Origin: Vibrio cholerae ATCC 14035
GTDB taxonomy: Bacteria; Pseudomonadota; Gammaproteobacteria; Enterobacterales; Vibrionaceae
Direction of reading: 5' to 3'
Assembly: GCF_000621645.1 (NCBI RefSeq)
Contig: NZ_KK211322.1
Coordinates: 171,717-203,716, forward strand
DNA length: 32,000 bases
A program made the translations under genes and the position numbers. Numbering within the stretch: the stretch's first letter is position 1; every line of letters begins with the position of its first letter. The notes beneath the pieces are model-generated. The model saw nothing but the letters and a program-made list of their open reading frames with translations, ran no database searches and had not been told where the DNA came from. Of the stretch, positions 10,471 through 17,995 are shown piece by piece.

Positions 10471-11805
10471 ATGAGCACTCAATTCCGTATGGATTCAGTA
10501 CCTGGCTCTCTTGTTGTGGTGGGAGGTACCTATGAACCCTGGCTGGCTGTGTTGGAAAAAGTGGGTTGGCGCTGTACTCAAGTAGCAGATTTGCGCAAAG
10601 CCGATGCGTTATTTGTCGAGACTGGGCCATGTATTGGTATTGTGGATTTAAGCCATGATGAATTTAGCCTTAACGGGATTGCGAATTTGGTGAGTAGCCA
10701 TAAGCAAGTCCGTTGGCTGGCGTTCATTCGTGAGGCGCAGCTCAGTTCAGATACCATTTGCCAATTTATCGTTAACTTCTGTATCGACTTTTTTACTGCG
10801 CCGATCCCTGATGCTCAGTTGTTGAGCACGATTGGTCACCAACTTGGCATGCTGAAGTTGGAAAAGAAAGTGTGGCCACATTTTGGCTCGGCCGGCAACA
10901 TGGGCTTGATTGGGGAATCTATGCCTATGAAGCGTTTGCGCGATCAGATCAAACGCATTGGCCCGACCGATGTCAGTATTTTGATCTATGGCGAAAGTGG
11001 TACTGGGAAAGAAACGGTGGCTAAGGCGATTCACAAAACATCGTCGCGTGCGCAAAAACCTTTCATTTCAGTTAATTGCCGAGCTATGTCAGAAAAGCGC
11101 CTTGAAAGCGAGCTGTTTGGTCTTGGCGAAACGGAGGAAGGTCAACAACCCTTTTTGCTGCAAGCGGATGGTGGCACACTGCTGCTAAACGATATTTTGA
11201 CCTTGCCTAAAAGCCAACAGTTGAACCTACTGCGTTTCTTACAAGAAGGGACTGTGGAGACGCGCCAAGGGGTTCGTGCAGTCGATGTGCGTATTTTGGC
11301 CGCCAATTCGTCAGACATCGAAAAAGCGCTGATCGATGGTGATTTTAACGAAGAGTTGTACCACTACATTAACGTATTGCGGATTAATGTGCCTAGTTTG
11401 AAAGAGCGCGCATCGGATATCGTGCTACTGGCTAAACACTTTTTGCAAGAATACTCCAAAGAGTACAACGCTCAGGCGCGTAGCTTCTCTGATGATGCCG
11501 TACGTGGGTTAACTCGCTACCATTGGCCGGGTAATGTGCGTGAGCTGATGAACCAGATCAAGCGTGTGGTATTAATGTCAGATACTGTGGTGCTGGATGA
11601 ATCTCAGCTCGATCTTCCCAAGCGCAGCGATGGCCGTCGCAGCCTGAAAAGCATTCGGGAACGCTCCGAGCGTGATGCACTGTTGCTGGTGTTGGAGTCG
11701 CACTCTGGGCAAGTTTCAACGGCAGCCAAAGAGCTGGGAGTATCGCGTGCAACCATGTATCGCTTACTGAATAAACACAACTTGATCACCGATGAAAACT
11801 TCTAA
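10471..11805 (+). CDS. vpsR: Atypical NtrC-like enhancer-binding-family response regulator VpsR (master activator of Vibrio polysaccharide/biofilm genes)
   Basis: 444 aa with a receiver-like N-terminus (..IGIVDLSHDE..). AAA+ core with Walker A GESGTGKE. C-terminal HTH VSRATMYRLL. The GAFTGA loop is absent, and the sequence matches my memory of V. cholerae VpsR. Confidence 0.88.
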   Translation: MSTQFRMDSVPGSLVVVGGTYEPWLAVLEKVGWRCTQVADLRKADALFVETGPCIGIVDLSHDEFSLNGIANLVSSHKQVRWLAFIREAQLSSDTICQFIVNFCIDFFTAPIPDAQLLSTIGHQLGMLKLEKKVWPHFGSAGNMGLIGESMPMKRLRDQIKRIGPTDVSILIYGESGTGKETVAKAIHKTSSRAQKPFISVNCRAMSEKRLESELFGLGETEEGQQPFLLQADGGTLLLNDILTLPKSQQLNLLRFLQEGTVETRQGVRAVDVRILAANSSDIEKALIDGDFNEELYHYINVLRINVPSLKERASDIVLLAKHFLQEYSKEYNAQARSFSDDAVRGLTRYHWPGNVRELMNQIKRVVLMSDTVVLDESQLDLPKRSDGRRSLKSIRERSERDALLLVLESHSGQVSTAAKELGVSRATMYRLLNKHNLITDENF

Positions 11806-11832
11806 GTTTTGCTGATTTACCTTGTACTCATG

Positions 11833-11864
11833 TTCAGCCACTTGGTTAAGTGGCTGAATTTTTT
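11833..11864 (+). terminator. Rho-independent terminator after vpsR
   Basis: TTCAGCCACTT (11833-11843), loop GGTT, AAGTGGCTGAA (11848-11858), then TTTTTT (11859-11864). Confidence 0.9.
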
Positions 11865-12152
11865 GTAGTACAGACTGTTTTTGGGACGCCTTTCTACAGC
11901 GAATTTCAGTGTTATGGCTTATTCCGAGTATCAATCTTTGGATGCATATAGCGCCTTGTGTTTATTCCTTGGCTGAATATGTTATTCATAAACGCGATAA
12001 AAACTCTGACTTAGCGAAAAACGCTGTTTTTTCGAGCGTGTGTAATAAGATGTTGAATATTGTTACCTGAGTTGTTTAGAATTTAATCGTAAGTTTCACT
12101 TACTCAATATCACCTTTCTTTTGGATTAATTGACTTTGCTTGGAGGCGCATC

Positions 12153-12269
12153 ATGGCACATTTCGTATCTGCATCATTGCTTTGCGCTTCTGATCTTGAT
12201 TCAACCCAAACCGCACTCCGAGATTTTCCCGTGTGCGCAATGGGCAATGATTTGAGCAAAGATCACTGA
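12153..12269 (+). CDS. Candidate small ORF (38 aa, MAHFVSASLLCASDLDSTQTALRDFPVCAMGNDLSKDH), unknown function
   Basis: Below the ORF-track size cut-off and found by eye. GGAGG (12142-12146) lies 6 nt before ATG 12153; the stop is TGA 12267-12269. No homologue recognised. Confidence 0.3.
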   Translation: MAHFVSASLLCASDLDSTQTALRDFPVCAMGNDLSKDH

Positions 12270-12382
12270 ATTAATCCGTAACCTCTTATTAGGCTGCGGA
12301 AAATGGCAGCTGAGTAGGAGTGTCTTCTGACTTTTCCCTTTCGATCGTCATTTTCCCCAGCAAAACCACTGGAGAAAATACC

Positions 12383-12634
12383 ATGCGTCAATCTATTTAC
12401 TTACAATTAGCTGTGTTACTGGTTCGTGCTGAGCTGCGCCGTGAGGAGCGAGTGTGGAAGCGTAAAGTGCGCAGAAGTAGTTACCATCTACCTTGGAATA
12501 ATCCGCATTTGTTGCGTGATATTGGCTTGGAAACGGATGGTCGTCCAATCGGCTTGAGTTTACCGGATGCTGTTGTCGCGGAACGCCGTGTGAGACATAT
12601 TCGCCGAGTGCTAGCTGCGCGAATACCGACGTAA
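12383..12634 (+). CDS. Small arginine-rich protein with DUF1127-like motif (83 aa)
   Basis: In-frame part of ORF-track ORF 12320..12634. ATG 12383 has GGAG (12371-12374) 8 nt upstream. ..LPWNNPHLLRDIGLETDG.. resembles the DUF1127/YjiS signature (..L.DIGL..). The protein is strongly basic. Confidence 0.55.
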   Translation: MRQSIYLQLAVLLVRAELRREERVWKRKVRRSSYHLPWNNPHLLRDIGLETDGRPIGLSLPDAVVAERRVRHIRRVLAARIPT

Positions 12635-12640
12635 TGCTAA

Positions 12641-12664
12641 GGGGCTGGTCTGTGCACCAGCCCC
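12641..12664. terminator. GC-rich hairpin between the convergent DUF1127-like gene and the tas-like gene (no U-tract)
   Basis: GGGGCTGGT (12641-12649), loop CTGTGC, ACCAGCCCC (12656-12664). There is no T-run on either strand, so terminator function is uncertain. Confidence 0.4.
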
Positions 12665-12671
12665 CACATCA

Positions 12672-13706
12672 CTAAGGACAGGGATTGGAATAAGTGGTTC
12701 CAATCTCCTGAATTTTTTGCAGAAGTTCTGCATTTAATGAAATATCCAAACTATCCAAATTCGATTTTAACTGCTCCATCGTTGTGGCTCCGATAATATT
12801 CGAGGCCACAAATGGGCGCTGATTAACAAACGCTAGTGCCATTTGCGCAGGATCGAGCCCAAATTGCTGGGCTAATGCGACATAGGCTTCTGTTGCAAGA
12901 ATGCCTTGTTCTGTAAAGTAGCGTGAGAAGCGTTGATGCAGTGTACAACGCGCACCCGCAGGACGAGCACCATTGAGATATTTACCACTTAAAGCACCGA
13001 AGGCGAGTGGCGAGTAAGCGAGTAGCTTAACGCCCTCCAGATGACTTATTTCGGCAAGTCCCACCTCAAAACTGCGGTTGAGCAGATTATAAGGGTTCTG
13101 GATCGAGACAATTCTTGGCAGTTCATGTTTTTCTGCAAGACGCAGGTAGCTCATCACTCCCCACGGCGTTTCATTAGAAACTCCGATATAACGCACTTTA
13201 CCCATGCGCACCAAATCATTGAGCGCTTCCAGTGTTTCAATCAGCGTTACTTCTTCTTGCTTGTCTGGATAAGGGTAGTTGAGCTGACCGAAAGTATTGG
13301 TTTGGCGCTGCGGCCAGTGAAGTTGATACAGGTCGATATAATCCGTTTGCAGACGACGTAGGCTATCATCGACCGCTTGATGGATATTGCGATGATCGAG
13401 CGCCATTTTGTCGCGAATGTAAGGCACATTGCGTGGACCAGCGACTTTGGTGGCGAGCACGATTTTCTCTCGCTTACCGGATTTAGTCAGCCAATTGCCA
13501 ATAAACTCTTCGGTTTTACCTTGTATTTGTGCCGTTGGCGGAACCGGATACATCTCCGCCGTATCGATAAAATTCACTCCACGCTCAAGAGCATAATCGA
13601 GCTGTTGAAAGGCATCAGCTTGCGAATTCTGTTCACCAAACGTCATGGTACCTAAACAGATCTTGCTGATTTCGAGGCTGGAATGAGGCAGCTTGGTATA
13701 TTGCAT
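12672..13706 (-). CDS. tas: NADP(H)-dependent aldo-keto reductase, Tas-like
   Basis: Collinear with remembered E. coli Tas (MQY..IPHSSLEVS..LGTMTFGEQNS.., ..YIGVSNET.., ..IQNPY.LLNRSFEVGLAE..). I prefer ATG 13706 (MQYTKLPHSS), which has AAGGAAG 4 nt upstream, over the ORF-track start at 13730. Confidence 0.85.
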   Translation of the reverse strand: MQYTKLPHSSLEISKICLGTMTFGEQNSQADAFQQLDYALERGVNFIDTAEMYPVPPTAQIQGKTEEFIGNWLTKSGKREKIVLATKVAGPRNVPYIRDKMALDHRNIHQAVDDSLRRLQTDYIDLYQLHWPQRQTNTFGQLNYPYPDKQEEVTLIETLEALNDLVRMGKVRYIGVSNETPWGVMSYLRLAEKHELPRIVSIQNPYNLLNRSFEVGLAEISHLEGVKLLAYSPLAFGALSGKYLNGARPAGARCTLHQRFSRYFTEQGILATEAYVALAQQFGLDPAQMALAFVNQRPFVASNIIGATTMEQLKSNLDSLDISLNAELLQKIQEIGTTYSNPCP

Positions 13707-13922
13707 AACACTTCCTTGTCTTAGAGCCAAAGAACGAATGATATTCCCTTGTATTGGAAGTTGAAGCCGAGTGATGGCGGCGACTTCGTTACATTCGGAA
13801 TAAGAAAAATCACAGAGGTTTGCGCTGTCGCCACAAATAGAACCCAGTCACGAGGGAGACAGTTTTTTCACTATAAGCGAGTCACGACACTGCGAAAACA
13901 AAAAAGATCGTTGTGAAGATAA

Positions 13923-14588
13923 CTAGGCGTAATAGCGCTGCAGAATTTGCGCAGTAAATTGGGTACGCAGATAAAAACCACGTGGCAGGGTTTTGATTGG
14001 GCGTCCATTGGCTCCATAGGCTTCAGTGAGCGCTCGACCATTGGCGGCTTTAGGGCGCAGTTGCAGCACTTCACCGTGTTTAGCGGTAATTTGTGCTACT
14101 TTACCTAGCACAATCAATTCCATTAACTCTTCCCAGTCCGCTTTGAGCTGCGCTTCCTCTTCGGGAGAAGGGCTCCATAGCAAAGGATAGCCCACACAGC
14201 GCTCAGCGAGCGGGATCTCGCGCTCACCTTGTACCGGGATCCAGAGCACCTTAGAGAGCTTATTGCGCACATGACTTTGCTCCCATGTTAAGCCATGAAC
14301 TCCGGTGAGTGGGGCGACGCAAACGAAAGTGGTCTCCAACGGTTTTCCGGTGTAACTGATGGGAATGCTCTTTAACTCAATCCCAAGATGTTCAAAATCT
14401 TGTTGTGGACGACTGCCTGCTGTCGCCCCTAAGTGCCATTCCAGTAACTGGCCTACCCAGCCTTTGTCTTTACGCAGATCTGGCGGTACGGTCATGCCTG
14501 CTTCATCGGCGAGTTCAGCAAAACTCAGCCCTGCAATTTGTTGGGCTCGCGTGAGTAATTCTTGTTGAGTCGTCGGTGCTGGTTTCAT
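13923..14588 (-). CDS. mutH: DNA mismatch repair endonuclease MutH
   Basis: 221 aa, collinear with remembered E. coli MutH. Catalytic D-(X)n-E-X-K in ..[15 protein letters not shown].., plus ..[11 protein letters not shown].. and ..LWIPV.GER.IPL.. Confidence 0.94.
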   Translation of the reverse strand: MKPAPTTQQELLTRAQQIAGLSFAELADEAGMTVPPDLRKDKGWVGQLLEWHLGATAGSRPQQDFEHLGIELKSIPISYTGKPLETTFVCVAPLTGVHGLTWEQSHVRNKLSKVLWIPVQGEREIPLAERCVGYPLLWSPSPEEEAQLKADWEELMELIVLGKVAQITAKHGEVLQLRPKAANGRALTEAYGANGRPIKTLPRGFYLRTQFTAQILQRYYA

Positions 14589-14701
14589 AAAGGCTTTCGG
14601 TTTGGATAATCACAGTAGGGATTGTACTGATTTTGCTTGCGCTTGCCATGGATGAACGATTTTTGATACTTGAAATGAGATTAAGAGGTCTATTGATGAG
14701 G

Positions 14702-14710
14702 TTATCCACA
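14702..14710 (+). promoter_or_regulatory. Perfect DnaA box TTATCCACA
   Basis: Exact 9-mer consensus inside the mutH-rppH intergenic region. Confidence 0.5.
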
Positions 14711-14885
14711 GCTTTATTTTGTTGGCTTGAGAGTAGGCTAAGGTATGGATCAATAAACAGTACCCAGAGAGGGCCTACTGAGATTGGATTGATGCTTCTC
14801 TCGACGATTGAGCACCCACAAAGGTGTAAGGATGAGGAATTGATGGATCTTTAACCTTCTGGTGAGGATCTTTATGTGGTCTGGT

Positions 14886-14960
14886 AGGTTAAGTTTCTGA
14901 TTATGGAATGATTTGACTTAACCTTTTGTTTTTCAGTTGTTTTTTGTTGTTTTTCTTTCT
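14886..14960 (+). terminator. Terminator-like hairpin plus long T-rich tract with no upstream gene (orphan)
   Basis: AGGTTAAGT (14886-14894) and ACTTAACCT (14916-14924) form a perfect 9-bp stem with a 21-nt loop. This is followed by TTTTGTTTTTCAGTTGTTTTTTGTTGTTTTTCTTTCT (to 14960). Confidence 0.3.
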
Positions 14961-15026
14961 GGTGGTCAGATTGGTCATTGTTGATAAATGCCTTTTTTTA
15001 CACAGCCCCCAAGTTTCTTCACACGG

Positions 15027-15049
15027 TTATTCACAGAAAACGTGAATAA
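15027..15049. promoter_or_regulatory. Converging pair of DnaA boxes: TTATTCACA (15027-15035), 5-bp spacer, CGTGAATAA (15041-15049)
   Basis: The first box fits TTATNCACA exactly. The second is TTATTCACG on the bottom strand, with 1 mismatch. Together they form an 8-bp-arm inverted repeat. Confidence 0.45.
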
Positions 15050-15218
15050 ATGCGCGGTATGTCTCATAAAATTGTTGATAACTTAGATCTGGCACAGAAC
15101 TTATCCTTTTTTATCCCATTTACTAATAAATATCGGGCTAATCACAATAGTAAGTTTGCTCCGCTTGGGGATATGTGGAAAAATCAACGCAATTAAAGAA
15201 TTTACTAGAGGTTTGCCA

Positions 15219-15737
15219 GTGATCGATGGCGATGGTTACCGGCTAAATGTCGGGATTGTGATTTGTAACAACCATGGTCAGGTTTTCTGGGCGAAACGAT
15301 ACGGGCAACATTCATGGCAGTTCCCTCAGGGGGGAATCGATGATGGAGAATCTCCAGAGCAAGCCATGTTCCGTGAGCTATACGAAGAGGTTGGGTTAAC
15401 CAAAAAAGACGTCAAAGTGATTGCAACCAGTCGTCATTGGCTGCGTTATAAGTTACCAAAGCGTTTGGTGCGTTGGGATTCTCAACCTGTCTGTATCGGA
15501 CAAAAACAGAAATGGTTCTTGCTGCGTTTGGAATGTGATGAGTCGAAAATCAACATGCAACGTGGCAGTTCCCCTGAGTTTGATGGTTGGCGCTGGGTAA
15601 GCTACTGGTATCCGGTTAGGCAAGTGGTGTCGTTTAAGCGTGATGTTTATCGCCGCGCAATGAAAGAGTTCGCCTCATTAGCGATGCCATTTAAAGAACG
15701 GAAAGTGAAGGGCAAACGCAACACTCACAGAGGTTAA
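15219..15737 (+). CDS. rppH: RNA pyrophosphohydrolase (Nudix)
   Basis: Nudix box [23 protein letters not shown], collinear with remembered E. coli RppH (MIDDDGYRPNVGIVI..). I prefer GTG 15219 ([15 protein letters not shown]) over the ORF-track TTG at 15156. Confidence 0.93.
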   Translation: MIDGDGYRLNVGIVICNNHGQVFWAKRYGQHSWQFPQGGIDDGESPEQAMFRELYEEVGLTKKDVKVIATSRHWLRYKLPKRLVRWDSQPVCIGQKQKWFLLRLECDESKINMQRGSSPEFDGWRWVSYWYPVRQVVSFKRDVYRRAMKEFASLAMPFKERKVKGKRNTHRG

Positions 15738-15739
15738 GC

Positions 15740-17986
15740 ATGCTTTCTCAGCTAAGGGATATAGTAGAACAAGTTTCAAAAGTCGAAGACGTCTATCAGG
15801 CGTTGGATATTTTTGTAAAGCAGACCTGTGAGGCGATGAGCACAGAGTGTTGTACTGTCTATTTAGCGAATGAAGAGATGCACCGTCTGGAATTGATGGC
15901 CACACAAGGTCTGAAGTTCAAGGGCGATAAGATCCATATTGATTTTGATGAAGGCTTGGTCGGGTTGGTTAAACGTTCTGCCGAACCGATTAACTTAGCC
16001 GAAGCCTCAAAACATCCGAGCTTTAAATATTTTAAGCAGTTGGGTGAAGAGGTTTATCACTCCTTCCTCGGTACACCGATCATCTATCGCAAACAGGTGC
16101 TTGGTGTGCTGGTGGTGCAGCAAAAATCTCCCCGTTTATTTAGCGAGATGGAAGTCTCCTTTTTAGTTACCCTTGCAGCGCAGCTCGCGGTGCTGGTGGC
16201 GCATGCTCAAACGCAAGGTCACTGGCGTTTATCCAAAAAGCAGCAGGCCATTACGGGTGTTGCCGCCTCTTCTGGGGTCGCGATTGGTGAGTTTTGGTGG
16301 GATGATACCCAGCCAGATCTGTCCGAAGTGCTACCCGCCTCAGCTCTGGATCCTGATTTTGAGCAAGAGCGTATTGCCTTGGCAGTAGAGAGTGCGCTGG
16401 CCGATTTTCGTCGGATGCGTAAAAAGCTCGATGGGGATATCAACAAAGAAGCGTTAGCCATTTTTGATCTGTTCACTCACTTATTGAACGATCCTATGCT
16501 GCGGAAAGATCTCAAAGCGCAGATCCAAAAAGGGGATCGTGCCGATTGGGCGCTGCGCCAAGTGGTCGAAAGTTACTCGAACCGTTTTGCGCGCATGTCG
16601 GATGTTTATCTGCGAGAGCGAGCGCAAGACATTCGTGAGTTAGGACAACGTTTACTGTTTTTCTTGCTCAATACCGAAACCAATCAGCCCAAAATCGATA
16701 AGCCGGTTATCTTGGTGGTGCGAGAGCTGACCGCGAGCGTGTTAGCCGCACTGCCCAAAGATAAGCTGCTGGCTGTCGTCTCTCTTGAAGGCGCGGCCAA
16801 CTCCCATGCGGCTATTTTGTCGCGCGCGTTAGGCATTCCTGCGGTGATGGGGGTATCGATTAACCTGCGCGATCTGAATGGCAAAAAAGGTATTGTCGAT
16901 GGCTACAGCGGTAAGTTATTCATTTCGCCTTCGAAAACCATTCTGAATGAGTATCGTGCCTTAGCGAATGAAGAGCGTGAGCTGTCGCGCATGGTCAATG
17001 AGGCGATTCGTGAGCCCGCATGTACTCTTGATGGCGCACGAATCGAATTGTTACTGAATGCCGGTTTGAGTGCCGATACCAGTATTGCCGTCAATCAAGG
17101 GGTGGATGGCGTTGGGTTGTATCGCACAGAAATCTCTTTCTTACTGCAGCACCGATTTCCCTCAGAAGAGGAGCAGACTCAGCAATATCGGCATGTGCTG
17201 AACACTTACCCTCATCAACGTGTTGTTATGCGTACGCTCGATATCGGTGGTGATAAGCCTTTACCTTACTTGCCGATTGAAGAAGACAACCCATTTCTCG
17301 GTTGGCGTGGTATCCGTTTTACCTTAGATCATCCTGACATTTTTATTATCCAACTGCGCGCCATGCTCAGAGCAAGTGCGGAGTCGGGGAATTTATCCAT
17401 CTTGCTGCCGATGATTTCCGGTGCCAAAGAGCTGGATGATGCGCTGAAGTTTATCTATCAAGCCTATCAAGAAGTTTCGCAACAAGATCCACGCGTGGTG
17501 ATGCCGCAAATCGGGATCATGCTCGAAGTACCTTCGATGCTATATCTGCTGCCACTGATTGCCGATAAAATTGATTTCGTCTCTGTCGGTACAAACGATT
17601 TGACCCAATATCTGCTTGCCGTGGATCGTAACAATGCGCGTGTGGCGGATGTGTATGAATCTATGCATCCTGCGGTGGTGATGGCACTGAAGCAGATCCA
17701 ACAGACTTGTGCGACCCATCAAATACCCGTGTGTGTCTGTGGTGAGTTAGCCGGAGATCCGATTGGTGCTTTGCTGTTGATAGGGTTAGGCTACACCACC
17801 TTAAGTATGAACACGTCTAACGTCGCTAAAGTGAAATATCTAGTGCGACACTCTGAACTGGCGGAATTAACCCAGCTCGCTGAGCAGGCATTAACCCAAC
17901 CTTATGGACGAGAAATCTACAATATGATGCTCGCCTATATCGAAAAACACGGTTTTGCAGGTTTTGTCCGTGCAGGCAAAAAATAG
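15740..17986 (+). CDS. ptsP: Phosphoenolpyruvate-protein phosphotransferase PtsP (EI-Ntr, N-terminal GAF domain)
   Basis: 748 aa with a GAF-like N-terminus. EI core with phospho-His region EGAANSHAAILSRALGIPAV and PEP-binding C-terminus (..GTNDLTQYLLAVDR..). Starts 2 nt after the rppH stop, as in the enterobacterial rppH-ptsP operon. Confidence 0.94.
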   Translation: MLSQLRDIVEQVSKVEDVYQALDIFVKQTCEAMSTECCTVYLANEEMHRLELMATQGLKFKGDKIHIDFDEGLVGLVKRSAEPINLAEASKHPSFKYFKQLGEEVYHSFLGTPIIYRKQVLGVLVVQQKSPRLFSEMEVSFLVTLAAQLAVLVAHAQTQGHWRLSKKQQAITGVAASSGVAIGEFWWDDTQPDLSEVLPASALDPDFEQERIALAVESALADFRRMRKKLDGDINKEALAIFDLFTHLLNDPMLRKDLKAQIQKGDRADWALRQVVESYSNRFARMSDVYLRERAQDIRELGQRLLFFLLNTETNQPKIDKPVILVVRELTASVLAALPKDKLLAVVSLEGAANSHAAILSRALGIPAVMGVSINLRDLNGKKGIVDGYSGKLFISPSKTILNEYRALANEERELSRMVNEAIREPACTLDGARIELLLNAGLSADTSIAVNQGVDGVGLYRTEISFLLQHRFPSEEEQTQQYRHVLNTYPHQRVVMRTLDIGGDKPLPYLPIEEDNPFLGWRGIRFTLDHPDIFIIQLRAMLRASAESGNLSILLPMISGAKELDDALKFIYQAYQEVSQQDPRVVMPQIGIMLEVPSMLYLLPLIADKIDFVSVGTNDLTQYLLAVDRNNARVADVYESMHPAVVMALKQIQQTCATHQIPVCVCGELAGDPIGALLLIGLGYTTLSMNTSNVAKVKYLVRHSELAELTQLAEQALTQPYGREIYNMMLAYIEKHGFAGFVRAGKK

Positions 17987-17995
17987 GAACCAAAT

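Noticed and set aside
12154-12172. TGGCAC motif next to vpsR, as a possible sigma54 promoter.
   Set aside because: The GG-to-GC spacing is 14 nt instead of 10. The motif lies inside the candidate small ORF. VpsR itself lacks the sigma54-contact loop.
12320-12382. GTG 12320 as the start of the DUF1127-like ORF (104 aa in the ORF track).
   Set aside because: The only purine-rich stretch (AGGAG 12316-12320) abuts the GTG with no spacer. ATG 12383 has a properly spaced GGAG.
14515-14854. ORF-track ORFs 14515..14709 (-) and 14633..14854 (+) in or near the mutH-rppH intergenic region as possible hypothetical proteins.
   Set aside because: Neither has a Shine-Dalgarno sequence, and one overlaps the mutH 5' end in another frame. 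Their composition (L/R/S-rich) is typical of random frames in AT-rich DNA. The region is better explained as regulatory DNA.
15090-15104. Sigma54-like -24 element CTGGCAC upstream of rppH-ptsP (attractive because ptsP belongs to the nitrogen PTS).
   Set aside because: With GG at 15091-15092, the -12 position reads TTAT rather than TTGC. The near-invariant GC dinucleotide is missing, so this is not a credible RpoN promoter on sequence alone.
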